Source: the human T2T-CHM13v2.0 reference genome, Homo sapiens. From it: 64,000 bases of DNA. The notes beneath the pieces are model-generated. The model searched no databases. It worked only from the letters and a program-made list of their open reading frames with translations, and was not told the origin of the DNA. The translations under genes and the position numbers were made by a program. Every line of letters begins with the position of its first letter. Positions within the stretch are counted from its first letter, which is position 1. Below, in pieces: positions 28,105 through 44,029 of the stretch. The stretch lies in the NCBI RefSeq assembly GCF_009914755.1, contig NC_060925.1; one strand, written 5' to 3'.

Positions 28105-29270
28105 ATATTTATTCATATACATTGTAATGACATGCTATATGCAGATACTGTGCTTGGCACGTGGAATAAAATTGTGAGTAAAAAGATATTTGTTTCCTAT
28201 TCTTATGGGATTTATGTCTTGCAAAAAATGCAATTCATGCAAATATATGAATATTTGAACTAACGTGCAAAGAATTGATGGTGCTTGAAGAATTTATCAT
28301 AAAGAATTTAATAAGTTAAGAAGTTAAGAAATGTTTTCTTGAGGAGGTATATTGCAAATATAAAAAGAATTAAGAGTTTAAGAATAGTAAGATGAAAAAG
28401 AAAACCATTCAGACTGAAGAAATGGTATCTGCTCAGGCTTTATGATGGGAAGAAGAATGTTAAATTAAAGATGCATGAAGATGTCAGCTGATCTGAGCAA
28501 AGGGATGAAAGAGCAATTTGGAAAGATGTTAAGCTATAGAATTAGGTTAGAGTGAGATTATTTAAGGCCCTGTTGCTTGTTTGCATTATTTGCACATTGT
28601 TAAAAGAATAATATGAAGATATAAAAGGGTTTCAAGTTCAGAAAGTTCAGTATGTGATGGAGTCAAAAGGGGTTGTTGGTGATAGTGGTTTCTGATGAGA
28701 GAAAAATATGATTTGGATTTCGAAAATATAACTTCAGCTACTGAGGATTGAACAGATCAGTTAAAGCATTCTTTGCTGAAGCCTGAGCAAGGCGAAGTTA
28801 AGGCAAGCAAGATTAAAAAAATCAGTACATTCAAAAGATATTTAGAAAGTCACTTGGATTTGGATTGATGATGGATTGAATATGGAGATGTAGAAAGAGA
28901 AATAAATTAGGGATGACTCTGAAATTTCAAGGTTTTTTGGGGGGTAAATGATGGTGTCATTTACTGAAACAAAGAATAATAAATGAAGGCTGATTTCCTG
29001 GTGGGAAAAAGGAGTATTATTGACTTTTTATCTCACACAGGTTGAGCTTGAGAAATGTTTGAAACCCCTAAGAATTCCTGTTGAATGAACTGTAGATCAG
29101 AGGAAAGTTCAAGGCTGGAGATAACATTTATGAGCCATGAAAATATTGGTGCTAATTAAAGCTTTTAAAATAAGTGCACTTTAAAGAAAGTAGAAGCTAA
29201 GAAGAAAAACCTGTGATAAAATGTTAAGGAACCCTAACATATAAGTTGTGGAGAAAGAGGAGATACCAAT
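28105..29270 (-). mobile_element. L2, about 1.2 kb
   Basis: tatatgcagatactgtgcttggcac; gaggaggtat; ggatgactctgaaatttc; atgatggtgtcatttactgaa; aaggctggagataacattt. Confidence 0.8.
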
Positions 29271-30129
29271 ATTTAATTCTCAATAGTAGGCTGATTCTTT
29301 TTGTTTTCTCCTCTGTAAAATATATAGGTAATCCTATTGCAACCTACAAAGTTAACCATTTTTCAAATTTAAATTGTAAAATGTGAATAATTTTAATTGT
29401 AATAACTAGACATTATAGTAATTTGATCATTGTCAATAAAAATGATTTTCTGCATTTTAAAACTATACATGAATAATTATTTAAAATAGCAGATAATCAA
29501 TAAACAGTTCATTATTAATTTTAATATGAATGTTTAATGTGTTGATTACTTATTCTAACAGCATTTTTTTAAGTTTAGGCAAATACTTTAATACATGTAA
29601 TTGATAATATTAATTTAACCATTCATATATAATTATTAAAAGGCTAAAACACTATTTTTCTAAAAAATAATCAAATTCAACTGAAATTAAATTTGTAGTA
29701 ATAAGTCATATTTTGCACTATCATACAAGCTATAGAATAGCTCTATACTGTCAGAAGTTTTCTGCTCTATAAGATTTGATTGATGTTATATAGTAATTGA
29801 TTGTAAGAATAAAGTAAAAAATATTTAACATATGTTGATTTAAAGAAATATTAAACTATTTTTAGTAAGTCAAAAGTAGAATTTAGAACAACACTTATTT
29901 AAGGATTAAATATACTTAAGCAGTAAAGCTTTACAATCTAAATAAATTATCCTTGTTTTATCTCAAATATTATTCAAAGTAAATGTAAACTTTTTCACAT
30001 TTCTATAAAGGTCAGAGCTATTATTAGATGTCATATAATATTTTAACTAACAATTTTAATAACAAAAGAAATTATAATCAAACATTTAAAAACAATAATA
30101 TATAACATATAATCTACAAAATAAATGTC

Positions 30130-30345
30130 ATTTATTATTATTATAATATATACATGTACATTATATACATATATGCTCACTCTACATGTGCACACACATA
30201 AGCAAACAAATGTGTGTACATATATATGTATGTATGTATTCACACACAAAGTGGTACAGTAAAGGCATATGTAGAAGTATTATCATATATTATGCACACA
30301 CATATGCGTATTTGTACATGTGAGAACACTCACTGTATACGTATC
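30130..30345. repeat. (TA/CA/TG)-rich low-complexity tract
   Basis: Degenerate alternating purine-pyrimidine sequence. Confidence 0.7.
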
Positions 30346-30439
30346 TACTAGAGGCAACTTCTTCAGAGTCACAGAACATAGCTACCTTTCTTTCTATCCT
30401 CCGCTACCCCCACCAACACTTCCATTTCCACACATTAGC

Positions 30440-30992
30440 ACACATCATCTCTTCCCTGGACTTCTTTAATAGTCACCTACTAACCCTTTTGCCTCTCTAC
30501 TCTTGCCAGAGTCACCATATAACAACATCTAAACCATGACTCTTTTGAGAGTAAATGAGCATTATTAATAATTACACAATATGTAAAATGGAAGCATCAG
30601 GAGAAATCAGGATGTATTACTCTAACTTGTGCAATTCTACAGTTAATTCTCCACATAGCAGCCACAAGGAAATCAGATTATATAATCCCGCCTTTCAAAA
30701 ACTACCAAGGTTTTTCATCGCATTTAAACAAACCCAAAGTCATTACAGTGGCCTAGAGGGCCTGAGGTGAAACAGCCCTACTACATTCTGATGAGCTACC
30801 AAAATAGTCTTCTCTTTCTACTCCACCCATGTTTATTTTGCTGTTATTCCTTAAACACATCAAGCACATCACTTCCTCAGAACCTTTGCATTTGGATCCA
30901 CTGTCTGGAAGACTATTCCTCCAAATTTGTACTTGATTCATGCCTTTAAGTCATTCTGCACTTGAGATGCTTGATATCACCAAAGAAAGGCC
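30440..30992 (+). mobile_element. L2 fragments
   Basis: catcatctcttccctggac; tccacatagcagcca; tccttaaacacatcaagcac...cctcagaacctttgcatttg...gtctggaa. Confidence 0.75.
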
Positions 30993-31226
30993 CATTACAA
31001 ATGGAAAGCAACAGTACATAAACTTTTGAATATTAATCAAAATGGGGTAGTTGTGTCATTTGTATCTGAATGTTTACATTACGTAACAATATTTTTCAAT
31101 AAAACATAAAAATTAACACACATTTAGACATGTCTGGTAATTCATTTAACTTATAATGATAAATACAATTATATAAAGTACCCACTATTAAAATGAAGCT
31201 ACTTCATAGAGGAAACAATCAATAAG

Positions 31227-31292
31227 CTCAGTTGTCTGCAGAACATTGTTGCTAAGAGACTCAATTGTCTGCAGAACATTGACGCTAAGAGA
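31227..31292. repeat. 2 x 33-bp tandem duplication (3 mismatches)
   Basis: ctca(g/a)ttgtctgcagaacattg(tt/ac)gctaagaga. Confidence 0.95.
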
Positions 31293-31395
31293 GGGAAAGA
31301 ATAAACATTTATGAGTTTATTGGAATCTTAGTTATTTGTGACTTAATGAATGTTTACAAATTAGCTGCTCATAATTGTGCTCTGCTTTCTGTGAC

Positions 31396-31521
31396 TGCAA
31401 TGAGAAAACTGAGACATGTGAGTTCCAATAACCTATCCAAAGTCCTCAAGTTAGTCAGTGGCAGAGACAGAACCTGAACCCAGACTTCCTGAATGCACAT
31501 TAATGTCCTTTGTCACTACAC
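31396..31521 (-). mobile_element. MIR
   Basis: atgagaaaactgagac...aagtcctcaagttagtcagtggcagagacagaacctgaacccagac. Confidence 0.8.
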
Positions 31522-31707
31522 AGTTCTACAGAAGTTTGCCAAGACAATAACACAGATTTTAAAATTTACCCAAGTATTTGTTCCCTTGGTCAATATTTTT
31601 GCTGTGAAGGGGCTTCAGATCTGGTTGCATTCTTGACCTCTCTGTCACTCTTACCAATTCTGTATCAAGAGGGATTTCCAGAGAAAGAGCAGTTTATGTA
31701 AAGCTCA

Positions 31708-31745
31708 TCTCTCTCTCTCTCTCTCTCTCTCCCCCTCTCTCTCTC
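31708..31745. repeat. (CT)n microsatellite
   Basis: Directly visible, adjacent to Alu tail. Confidence 0.9.
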
Positions 31746-31746
31746 C

Positions 31747-32061
31747 TTTTCTTCTTATTTATTATATTTAGTTATTTTTTGAGACGGAGTCTCACTGTGT
31801 TGCCAAGGCTGGAGTGAAGTGGCGTGATTCGGCTCACTGCAACCTCTGCCTCCTGGGTTCAAGGGATTCTCCTACCTCAGCTTCCCAAGTAGCTGGGATT
31901 ACAGGTGCCCGCCACCACATCCGGCTGATTTTTGTGTTTTTAGTAGAGATGGGATTTCACCATATTGGCCAAGCGGGGCTCTAACTCCTGACCTCAACTG
32001 ATCCACCCACCTCGGCCTCCCAAAGTGCTGGGATTACAGGCGTGAGCCACCGCACCCGGCC
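31747..32061 (-). mobile_element. AluSx-like, full length
   Basis: gagacggagtctcactg...ctgacctcaactgatcc...cgtgagccaccgcacccggcc. Confidence 0.97.
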
Positions 32062-32196
32062 TGTTTCTATTTTTCTTTTTCTCTGGTTCTTCGTGCAGAA
32101 AGAGTGTGTTTTTCCTCTGTTTTAGGGCATGCAGTAAATTTAGCAATAAGATTCTGATTGCTGGAGGGAGACTGTGGCTTTGCAGTGTTGCCTGAC

Positions 32197-32746
32197 TGTG
32201 ATGGTTAATATTCATTGTCAACTTGATTGGATTGAAGGATGCAAAGTATTGTTCCTGGGTGTGTCTAAGAGGGTGTTGCAAAAGGAGATTAACATTTAAG
32301 TCAGTGGACTAAGAGAGGCAACCAACCCTCAATCTGGGTGGGCACCATCTAATCAGCTGCCAGCATCGCTAGGATAAAAGCAGGCAGAAAAACCTGGAAG
32401 GACTAAAGTGGCTAAGTCTTTTGGCCTCCATCTTTCTCCTGAGCTGGATGCTTCCTGCCCTTGAACATCAGACTCCAAAATCTTCAAGCTTTTGGACTCT
32501 GGGACCTACGCCAGTAGTTTGCCAGGGGCTCTCGGGCTGTCGGACACATATTGCAGGCTGCATTGTCAGCTTCCCGACTTTCGAGGTTTTGGGACTTGGA
32601 CTGGCTTCCTTGCTCCTCAGCTTGCAGATGGCTTACTGTGGGATTTCATCTTGTGATCATGTGAGTCACTATTCCTTAATAAACTCCCTTTCAAATATAC
32701 ATCTATCCTAATAGTCCTGTCCCTCTAGATAACCCTGACAAATACA
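32197..32746 (+). mobile_element. Complete HERV-L solo LTR (MLT2A, probably MLT2A2)
   Basis: tgtgatggttaata...ttgattggattgaaggatgcaaagtattg...aataaactccc...ccctgacaaataca; 550 bp; perfect 5-bp TSD ctgac. Confidence 0.95.
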
Positions 32747-33972
32747 CTGACAATGTGGATCAGTCTGTCTACTTTTGAAGTTCAGTATCAGGAACCTGTT
32801 GTGATTCCATACAGAAGGCCTATGTTATGAGCTGTCTCAGAAGTAAAGCTGAAATTGTTTCTGTTTATCCCGGTTCTCTCCTTTCTTCTTGTCTTGATAC
32901 ATACTTAGTTGAAGACAGAAGAATTTCTGTATTGACTACAACAAACCCCAAGAATCGAGATCACAGAAATCACTTTATCAAATTTCTGCTACTATTTAAA
33001 GCAATAAAACATAGACACAAAGAGAAATACTTTTGATAATACGGTTAAAATACTAAGTGCAAATGTCAACAGTTATTCTTGAGAGATGTTATATGAGTAA
33101 AACACAAAATTAAGTAAGAGTCAATAATCTGAGAGTCCTGATCACATTTCACCTGAGCATCACTTCCTTGTCCTATATCGCCAACTCTGAATTACTTGAC
33201 TTTCTTAATTCAGACAGCTGTGATCTCTGGAGAAATAGGTATTGATACATTTAGCTCCTTGGAGATTACATTTGTAGAACTGAATTAATGCACTTCCCCC
33301 GTGGCTTAGAAAATCAGTAAGAGTGTGTCTTCAGAACCCTGAGTAGAGAATAAAAGGAAAAAAAAAATGAGGTCCTGGGTGGTGTCTGACATTTGCGTGA
33401 TATGTACTTCAAGGGATGATTTTTATGTCAACTCTGTATGATTACATCAGAGCTTTGTGACCCATGAATGCCAGGTAGATCTCATTGGGGGTCTGGATCT
33501 TCAGGTCTATTAGAGTGGGAGTCTGCAAGGAGATGAGAGATCAGAACTGTTTCATGCAGATCTCTTTGAAGAGGACTGATAGCTGACACTTAAGACTTAA
33601 GCCACAAACTAAGAATGACTGTTTTTTTTTTTAATCACCTGCAGGAATCCTACTAATAGGAGTATTAATAATAACTATACTTGAGCCTCAAAGAGCTAAA
33701 TTGAATAATAACTGACCTTCTGAAGTGACTCAAATAGGAGAGAATCATTTTGAACCACCAGAATACAGTTAAATTTAAATGCAAAACGAATATCTGGTGA
33801 AGGAGACTATAAAACTAAGAGTCCTTAAACCTTTAAGACTATCCATATGTATAAATACTTTTGTATATGGATGTATATGTATGTACATATGGATGTATCA
33901 AATTCTTGGGGTTTGATGTGGTCAATAAAGATGTTCTTCTGTCCCCAACTAAGTATGTATCAAAAAGAAAAG

Positions 33973-34053
33973 AAACAACGAACCTCTGTAAATAGACAAC
34001 AAGAAAACAATGAACAAAAAGACAAAATAAAACAACGAACCTCTGTAAATAGA
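33973..34053. repeat. 24-bp direct repeat, 57-bp period
   Basis: aaacaacgaacctctgtaaataga at 33973-33996 and 34030-34053. Confidence 0.95.
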
Positions 34054-35009
34054 AACAACACTTTCAACCTTACTTCTGAAACAGCTCATAGAATATAGGC
34101 CTTTTGTATGAAATTTAAAATGTAAAGAGTTTTGAAAAAAAATTATGAACTTAAAAACAGTAAATGTTAAAACGAAGAATGGGATTTTTTTGAGCATTAA
34201 AGTGGTGGTTTGTAAACTACTACAAAAACTATCTCAAATGAAAGATGAGAAACTTGGAGGTATAACAGACACATAAAGTATTCTGAAGGAGAAAAAAATG
34301 TAACAATGGAAGGAAGACAAAATAAATACATACTAAAAGAGAGAAGAAGAAAATGGCTCGGAGATGACAATGAAGAGCAAGGGAGGCATAGATCAGAACC
34401 ACTGGAAAAAGAGGCATAGTGGATGAAATAACGTCTGCTTAAGAGAACTGCAGAAGAAGAAAAAGATGAAAAACGCGATCTTAGGGGAGCATCTGATTTC
34501 AGTTATAGCAGAGAGTAACAAACCCCTTGAGAGAACATTGCTGAACTTACAAGGTGGTCTGCTGAAAGAGAGCAAGAGTTCAATGAGGCAGTGTGAATGA
34601 TTGTTGAAGCAGATGAGGACATATGATTGGTGTTCTTTATATGTTATGTTTCCATGAGGATGGAGTAATATTAGAGGAGCCAGGGTCTGGGATTTGGGAG
34701 CTCTTTTATTTGACTTACATTTACAGAAATGTAGGGAATTAGCCTAGATGATATCTTTTCAGGCATACTGTCACGTCTTGTCTAAGAACAGTGATGTCAA
34801 GGAGAGGTATTTTTGGAGACACAAAAGAAGGATCTTAGGCCTTCTCTATTGTGAGTCTGATAATGTCCAGGTCAGTGTCACTAGTATCAAGTAGAGTATT
34901 GTGAAATTTTTTGAGCAGTCATTTCAAAATTGGTATTGAGACTGGTGGAATGTGTTAACTGGATTCCCTGTTTATGTGTGTGCATGTATTAGGAAGTCAT
35001 ATAGTCATA

Positions 35010-35135
35010 GTATATACTTTCTATATATAAGCATCTATATATATATAATTGCAGAGTTTCCTCTTAGTAATATATGTATGTAGCTATATAAATATGTATA
35101 TGTGTGTACATATACACACACATACACACACATAG
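35010..35135. repeat. (TA)/(CA)-rich low complexity
   Basis: Degenerate dinucleotide runs. Confidence 0.7.
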
Positions 35136-37639
35136 GATATACTGGGTACATCAGTAAATTACTGGGTTTTTCTGTCAATAAGGTATAGATAGATATACAT
35201 ATACATACATATGTGAAATAGTGGTATCATACACAATTTTATAATAGTTATACATGTCAATAATGAAACTTGTTACTAATATAATTACCATAATATTACT
35301 AATATTGAATTTTTTCATATAGTTGTATCTGCATATAGTTGTTTGAATCTGATTGGAATTCAAGAGTAATGTGCCTTATTATAAGAATAGGACACTGCAT
35401 GATATTCTTGCCTCATTTGATTGGGCCATACATATATTTCAGATATTTACTTGTCCATTTTCCAAATTAAAAAAAGTCTAAATTTACTTTTTAAAACAAC
35501 TTATTAAAATTATGTTTATTATAAAATATTCTCCATTATAGCTAGGAAAATAAGTTAATCTCTGAGGCCGATAATGTGAACTAACAAACAAATATGCATG
35601 TACTTGTCACCTCTTAGCTTATAGTTTTCTATAGCTGAAATGTAAACTTTATAATCAATTACACGTGTTCTTCTAAGTATCTTAAGATTGCATTTCTCTC
35701 TAAATCTAATTTTCAGGCATATTTATCTCCTAAAATTGTCTTAAACACCTTCCTACTTTCTAGTGTTTTTAACTGCAAGCAAATTTCCATCTAGTTAAAG
35801 ATGATACTTATATGTATCTTATTTGAGAATGTTGTGACAATTCAGTCTCAAAGTAATGTAGTGCTAAAACTCTTTAAATATTTTACACCACATACCTTTC
35901 TATTTGCTCATGTAAATAAAAGCAAGATACAACACAATCTGTTAAACCTCTGCTTTATGAGTATTTCTTGGCATACATATGCTCTGTGTGTGTATGTGTC
36001 TGTGTATGTGTGTGTGCATATGCACATTTCTGTGTATGCCAAGTTAAGAGACTATAGTCAATCATTTCTTTACTTATTAAAAAATGACTGTGTAACTATT
36101 CCCACATATAAAGAATAATAAATATTAATGTATGATAACTGAAAGCCCATCAAAATACTAGGATCAGAAATATTTATGCAAAAGATAATGCTTTTCAGTG
36201 AATAAATGTAAATCAAATGCAGCTTAAGTTGACAAGTTATTAGGAACTTATAATAGATAATTACAACATCTGAATATATTATGTTTTAAAGTTTTAGGCA
36301 TTGATAACTAAGCTTGGTGTACTCCCTGAATTAAGGGACTTGATTTATGTAAAGTATCATTTCCACTCTATCCATGAAGATGCAGGTTCCTGAGGTCCAA
36401 ATGCTATCATTATGGTGATGAGCAATGGTTTCAAAAATATTTGACATAAATGGAAATACACATTTTATTTTATTTTTCCATAAATATTGATACTATCAAA
36501 TTTTATTTTACAATCCATTTAAATATATTCTCATTATACAATAGAAAATTTTTAAAAGTTAGAAATTTTTATTAAAACTGTGATATTATTGGTTATTTAT
36601 TGACTTCACTTGGCTCTGATTGGTTTTAAAGAATAATAATATAATGTATTTCAACGCCTAACTTTAGATCAGCAGTTTTTAGAACGGTACAAAACAATTA
36701 ATTAAATTTTAATTTTATAGCTTTGGTATAAACCATTTTTTCTCTTATGTGTACTTATTGGTGCAATTCTATTATGCACTACTCTGCAATTGAAGTAGCT
36801 TTGCCATAATTAGCACTTATATTCATTTTTGAGTTATATTTAAGCAAATTGGAATTTAGGGTTTAAAATTGTTAATCAATAGAATGTTTGTCAGTGATCA
36901 CTATTCCTTAATGTTGAATGGCCTTTTTAAGACTTGTATTTGTAAAACCTAGTTTGGACATCATAAAGAATACATGCAGGGTTGATATTTAATTTAGAGG
37001 GTAAGTTTCATTAAAAATCAAGTGCTAAAATCAATGTCCTACACTGTGTGTTTGAAATAAAACTGAGAGCCAATTCATCTGCAGCCATGAAATAGCCAAA
37101 TTCATAATATATGTTTTGATGTCAAGTGGCCATTCCATTCCATCATCACCAACCAATATTTATCCCTCTTCCTCAATCCCATGTGGACACATGAGTCTGA
37201 AGCAGTCCTTTGCCACAATATTGGCAAAACTTTTTACAGACACAGTAAATGACTGGACATTATGTTTTCTCTTAATTTCAACTAACATTCACCATGGCTA
37301 ATAATGTAAACTTAGGTTACCTATGTCAGCATTTATATATCTCTTTATCTAGCAGTAGAACATATCTAGACACATTATTTTATCTTCTGAATTCTAAACT
37401 TGATATTGCTGTCTATCTTAACAATTTTAGCAGTCTTAATAATCATTTGTGTATGTTCATGAGTGTTTATGTATTTCCACATTTGTAGTTTTTCAGATAT
37501 CATTGTAAATAAATATATTTTTACTTGTTGACATACTTGAATATGCCTGGAACATAAAGTATCCTATGAGTTTTAGAGATGCCGATATCTAGAATTTTAT
37601 AAGAAGATGGAGCTTATAAACAGAATTTTAAAAAGTAAC

Positions 37640-38650
37640 CTGTAAATAATAAGGTAGATATTGTGCTTGGGAAGCTCTAGATATCTAGAGTAAGGGCAGG
37701 AAATCTAGACTTGGCTAGACAGAAAAATATCCCAGATAAGATGGTTCATTTAATGACTATTGAATGATGCTTGAGAGTTACCCATGCTGATATGGTCTCA
37801 GGACAACCAGAGCAACCAGAATGTGAGAAAGCCACATGGTAACACAAGAAATAATTATATAGGATATGCTTATTTGAGAATATTCAAGTATTTTAATATG
37901 AATGCAGGGTAGAAAGATGCACAAGAGAGGCAAAAGATAAAATTTGGCAGGTTACCAACAGCCAAATCACAAAGGTTATTCATGACAAAAAATAAAATTA
38001 AATTAAAAAGTCTGGACCAAGTGCAGTGGCTCATGTTTATAATCTCAGCACTTTGGGAGGTAAAGGCAGGATGATTGCTCGAGCCCAGGAGTTCAAAACC
38101 AGCCTGGGCAACGTAAGGAGACCTTGTCCCTACAGATAATTTTAAAAATAGCTGAGTGTGGTTTCTTGTGCCTGTAGTCTCAGCTACACAGGAGACTGAG
38201 GCAGGAGGATCACCTAAGCAAGGAGGTTGAGGCAGCAATGAGTTATGATTGTGCCACTGTACTCCAGCCTGGGTGACAAAGTGAGACCTTGATCCATCCT
38301 CTCATCCCTGCCTGCCAAAAAAAAAAAGTTTGAATGCATTCTGAGAGCAATAAAAGCTATGGAAAAATAATATTGGTATCATTGTAGAGGATAGATTGAT
38401 GGAAGTGTTGAAAATATTAAATGAATATTAAATATAGTTTATTATACTTTTAAGGAAATGTGAGAAATTATGAACTTGAAATAAGTCATTGGCAGGGAAT
38501 AATTCAAAGTAAAAATGACTCAAAAGTGGAGCATTTTTGGGGAACAACAAAGAAAACAAGTTAAGTTTTTTGTTTTTGTTTTTAATTTGCCATATTTTAT
38601 CTGCCTATTGAAAACCTAAGTAAATATATCACAGAAGCATTTAAATATGT
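37640..38650 (-). mobile_element. L2 remnant hosting an AluJ
   Basis: cagccaaatcacaaaggttattcatg...tttgaatgcattctgagagcaataaaagctatgga; weak elsewhere. Confidence 0.5.
38015..38322 (+). mobile_element. AluJ
   Basis: ggatgattgctcgagcccaggagttc and gagttatgattgtgccact are J-type; TSD aaaaagt(c/t)tg. Confidence 0.95.
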
Positions 38651-39774
38651 GAGGTGGTTAATAATCATGGTTTTTGGCACTTAACTGTCATTGTCATCAT
38701 CTGTTGTTTCCTCTCCACTGTATCACACTGGAGAAGCAATGGGAGAATTTTTTTTTTTCTGGGATTTTGGATATAGTTGGGGATGTGTCCCTGAGATACA
38801 TACACAAACTTGTGAAGACAGAAGGGGATTAGATAGAAGCGGCATGAGATTTAGTAAGGGCCATTTTCCATTTTTCCATTGTCTGCTCCTTAATTGTAGG
38901 CAGTTGTGATGTTAGCAGTGCTTTTCTTCATTTTGCTGGCCTCTAGGTGCTAACAGTAGTTTCCTAATCTTTGGATTGAAGCTGGTAAATAGAACCTTGA
39001 AGTTCAGTTAGGAAAGACCTGGTATTTGTACTTTTCCTCCTTTTAAAAATTGTATAAATGTAAAAATCTCCATATTAAAGTCTTTATAAAGTATATTTAT
39101 ATCTAGTAATATATGTCTGCTGCATGTATCACTTAATTTAAACTAACATAGGAAGATGTAAAAAAATCTATTCTTCTACTGAAAAATTTTATAAAGTAGA
39201 AATTAGGAAACATTTTTTAAAATGCCAACAGCATGCTAAAACATGGTAAATGTTAAAAATCATAACAAAAATCCTCTCTGGTGTAAATAGCACTCTTCTG
39301 TGAATTGTATCATTTGACTTTACAACCACTGAATTCCTGATTCTTTCTACCAAAATTGTCATTCCAACATATTTGTTGAGGCTTTGCCAAGTATCTCAGA
39401 ATTTCCTTTCTATCCCAACATCAAGAGTATTTCATTGTTCAAGCCTTTGAGTTCACCTACTTATCTAGTCTCATATTTTCTTGACTTTTCTAAACTAGAG
39501 TAAATTTCATTTGCACCTCAGTCATTCTCTCTTTGAAGCATCATAGTACATTGCTATTATTCAAAATCTTTGAGGTCTCATCTTAAATGCTGAGTTTACT
39601 CTCTGAGAATATCTTTTATTATTTCCGATTAGCCCATTCTCTGTTTCTATAGCTCTTGTACAAATAGGGAGAAACCATCAGTAACATATATTATCCTATA
39701 ATAGATTATCCTCTTCCACTTAGTCCTATTTTTCCTTCAAAGTTTTTACTCCACAAAAATACGCACATTATTTT

Positions 39775-40215
39775 TTGTCCCATAAAAGCCACTGTCATAA
39801 TAAATTACCACAGATTTAGTGGCTCAAACCATGCAAATTTACTACCTCACATTTCTGTAGAGCAGAAATCCAGTCAGCTCCACCATTAGTTTCTCTGCTG
39901 TGAGTCCCACAAAACTGGAATCTTATCAGGAGGGTCTGGGGCAGAATCTGCTTCCAGGCTTATCTGGCTTTTTAGCAAAATTTAGTTTCGTGTGGTTGCA
40001 AGACTCAGGTCACTGGTTCCTTTGTAGCTGTTGACATAGGTTATTTTCAGCTTCCAGAGGCTGCTAGAATTGTTCAGCTCATAGTTTCCTGCGTCGTAGT
40101 TAAAGCCAGCGAGGACAGGTCAAATCCTCATACCTCAAATCTCACTGACATTCCTTTGTGCTTCATCCTCATCTCTCCCGCTTTTTTCTCTGCTACTGCT
40201 CTCTGACTGACTTTA
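39775..40215 (-). mobile_element. MaLR LTR (MLT1E/F-like)
   Basis: ataaattaccacagatttagtggctcaaac...ctcacatttctgtag...gaatctgcttccaggct...aaagccagc. Confidence 0.8.
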
Positions 40216-40319
40216 CCTAGAATATGGCAGAAGAAAAACTGCAATGTATACACAGAGGACTGTCATTAATACTTTAGGAGAACTAAAATGGAGAACATAT
40301 GGACCAATACTGAGATTCC

Positions 40320-41137
40320 AATTGTGTATACTGCTGCAATGAACATTCACATTCATTTTTTATGGTAGAATTCTTTATATTTTTCTGGTTATACAACCAG
40401 TAATGGGATTGCTGGATTGGATATTAGTTTGTTTTTTTTTTAGCGCTTTGAGGAACTGCCACATTGTTTTCCAAAATGGTTGAACTAAATAAGTATTCCC
40501 TTTTCTCAGCAACTTCACCAACATCTGTTATTTTTGACTTTTTAATAATCACCATTCTGACTGGTGTGAGATGGTATCACATTGTGATTTTGATTTGCAC
40601 TTCTCTAATGACCAGTGATATTGAGCTATTTTTCATATGCTTGTTGGCCACATGTATGTCTTCTTTTGAAAAGTGTTCATGTCCTTTGCCAACTTTTTAA
40701 TGGAGTTTTTTTTCTTGTAAATTTAAGTTCTTTGTAGAAGCTGTATATTAGACCTCTGTCAGATGCATACTTTGGAAATATTTTCTCCCATTATGTAGGT
40801 TGTCTGTTCACTTTGCTGATAGTTTTTTTTCTGTGCAGAAACTTTTACATATAATTAGATTTCATTTATCAATTTTTGCTGTTGTTGTGGTTGCTTTTGG
40901 CATCTTTGTCATGAAATCTTTGAGTTCCTATGTCAGAATGGCATTGCCTAGATTGTCTTCCAGGGTTTTCATAGTTTTGGGGTTTACATTTTACTCTTTA
41001 ACCCATCTTGAGTTTATTTTTGTAAATGGTAAATGGAAGGGTCCTGGTTTCAGTCTTCCGCATATGGCTAACCAGTTTTCCCAGTACCATTTATTGAATA
41101 TGGAGTCCTTTCACCATTGCTTGTTTTTATAACTTTG
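40320..41137 (-). mobile_element. L1PA (old) ORF2 3' portion, antisense arm; 3' UTR and tail absent
   Basis: ccagtaatgggattgctgg; ccattctgactggtgtgagatggtatc; gtcttccagggttttcatagtttt. Confidence 0.95.
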
Positions 41138-43331
<2,194 letters not shown>

Positions 43332-44029
43332 CTCTTTTCAAATAAAAACTAAAGGCAATTCTAGAACTAAAAAATTCAAAAGAGAAAAAGATAAAATGAA
43401 TAAATGACTAAAGAAAATTAGTTAAACTTAAAGGAAATAACTTCAGAGGACAGCCCAGATTCATAGAAAAAGATGAAGAGCAAGAAAATGCTAAATGTGT
43501 GGGCTAATATAAACATTATTATGTTTTAAATGCATGTATATACATTGATTTTTGATGCAAACAAAATAACAAGTATTATGGAGTTTGCAAAATATTGACA
43601 AGTACACTATAAGAAGAAAGTAACACAAAAAGTAGAAAAGTGTTAAACAGGACTATGCAGTATTAAGTTTCTCATTTCTATGGAAAATGGTAATCCAGAA
43701 TAAAACTGACTTAGGGGACCTAAAGGTGTTCTGTCCTGGGTTGCTAGTTTCAACTTTGTGAATCTGGGAAAATACAAGCCTAAATAATGAGGCAGATACT
43801 GTGAACATAGTATTTACAGAAAGCTTATCAGTTTCAATTTGGCATTTAGAAACTTCCTTTTATTTTTTAAACTGACAATCCATATTAAATGATAAAGATT
43901 TGTGAAATGTTATACAGAGAGGTAAACTGAGAAATTTGAATATTTAAGTTTTATCAGTTTTTTCTCATGATTTTGTTAATATTGCTCAAGAATGCAGATA
44001 AAATCTAAATATATAAATTCTAATTATAA

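Noticed and set aside
33973-34053. CRISPR-like repeat-spacer-repeat
   Set aside because: Only two copies, low-complexity spacer, primate context, no cas genes
37675-37690. Perfect 16-bp palindrome ctctagatatctagag
   Set aside because: About one is expected by chance in 64 kb (4^-8 per position, more in AT-rich DNA)
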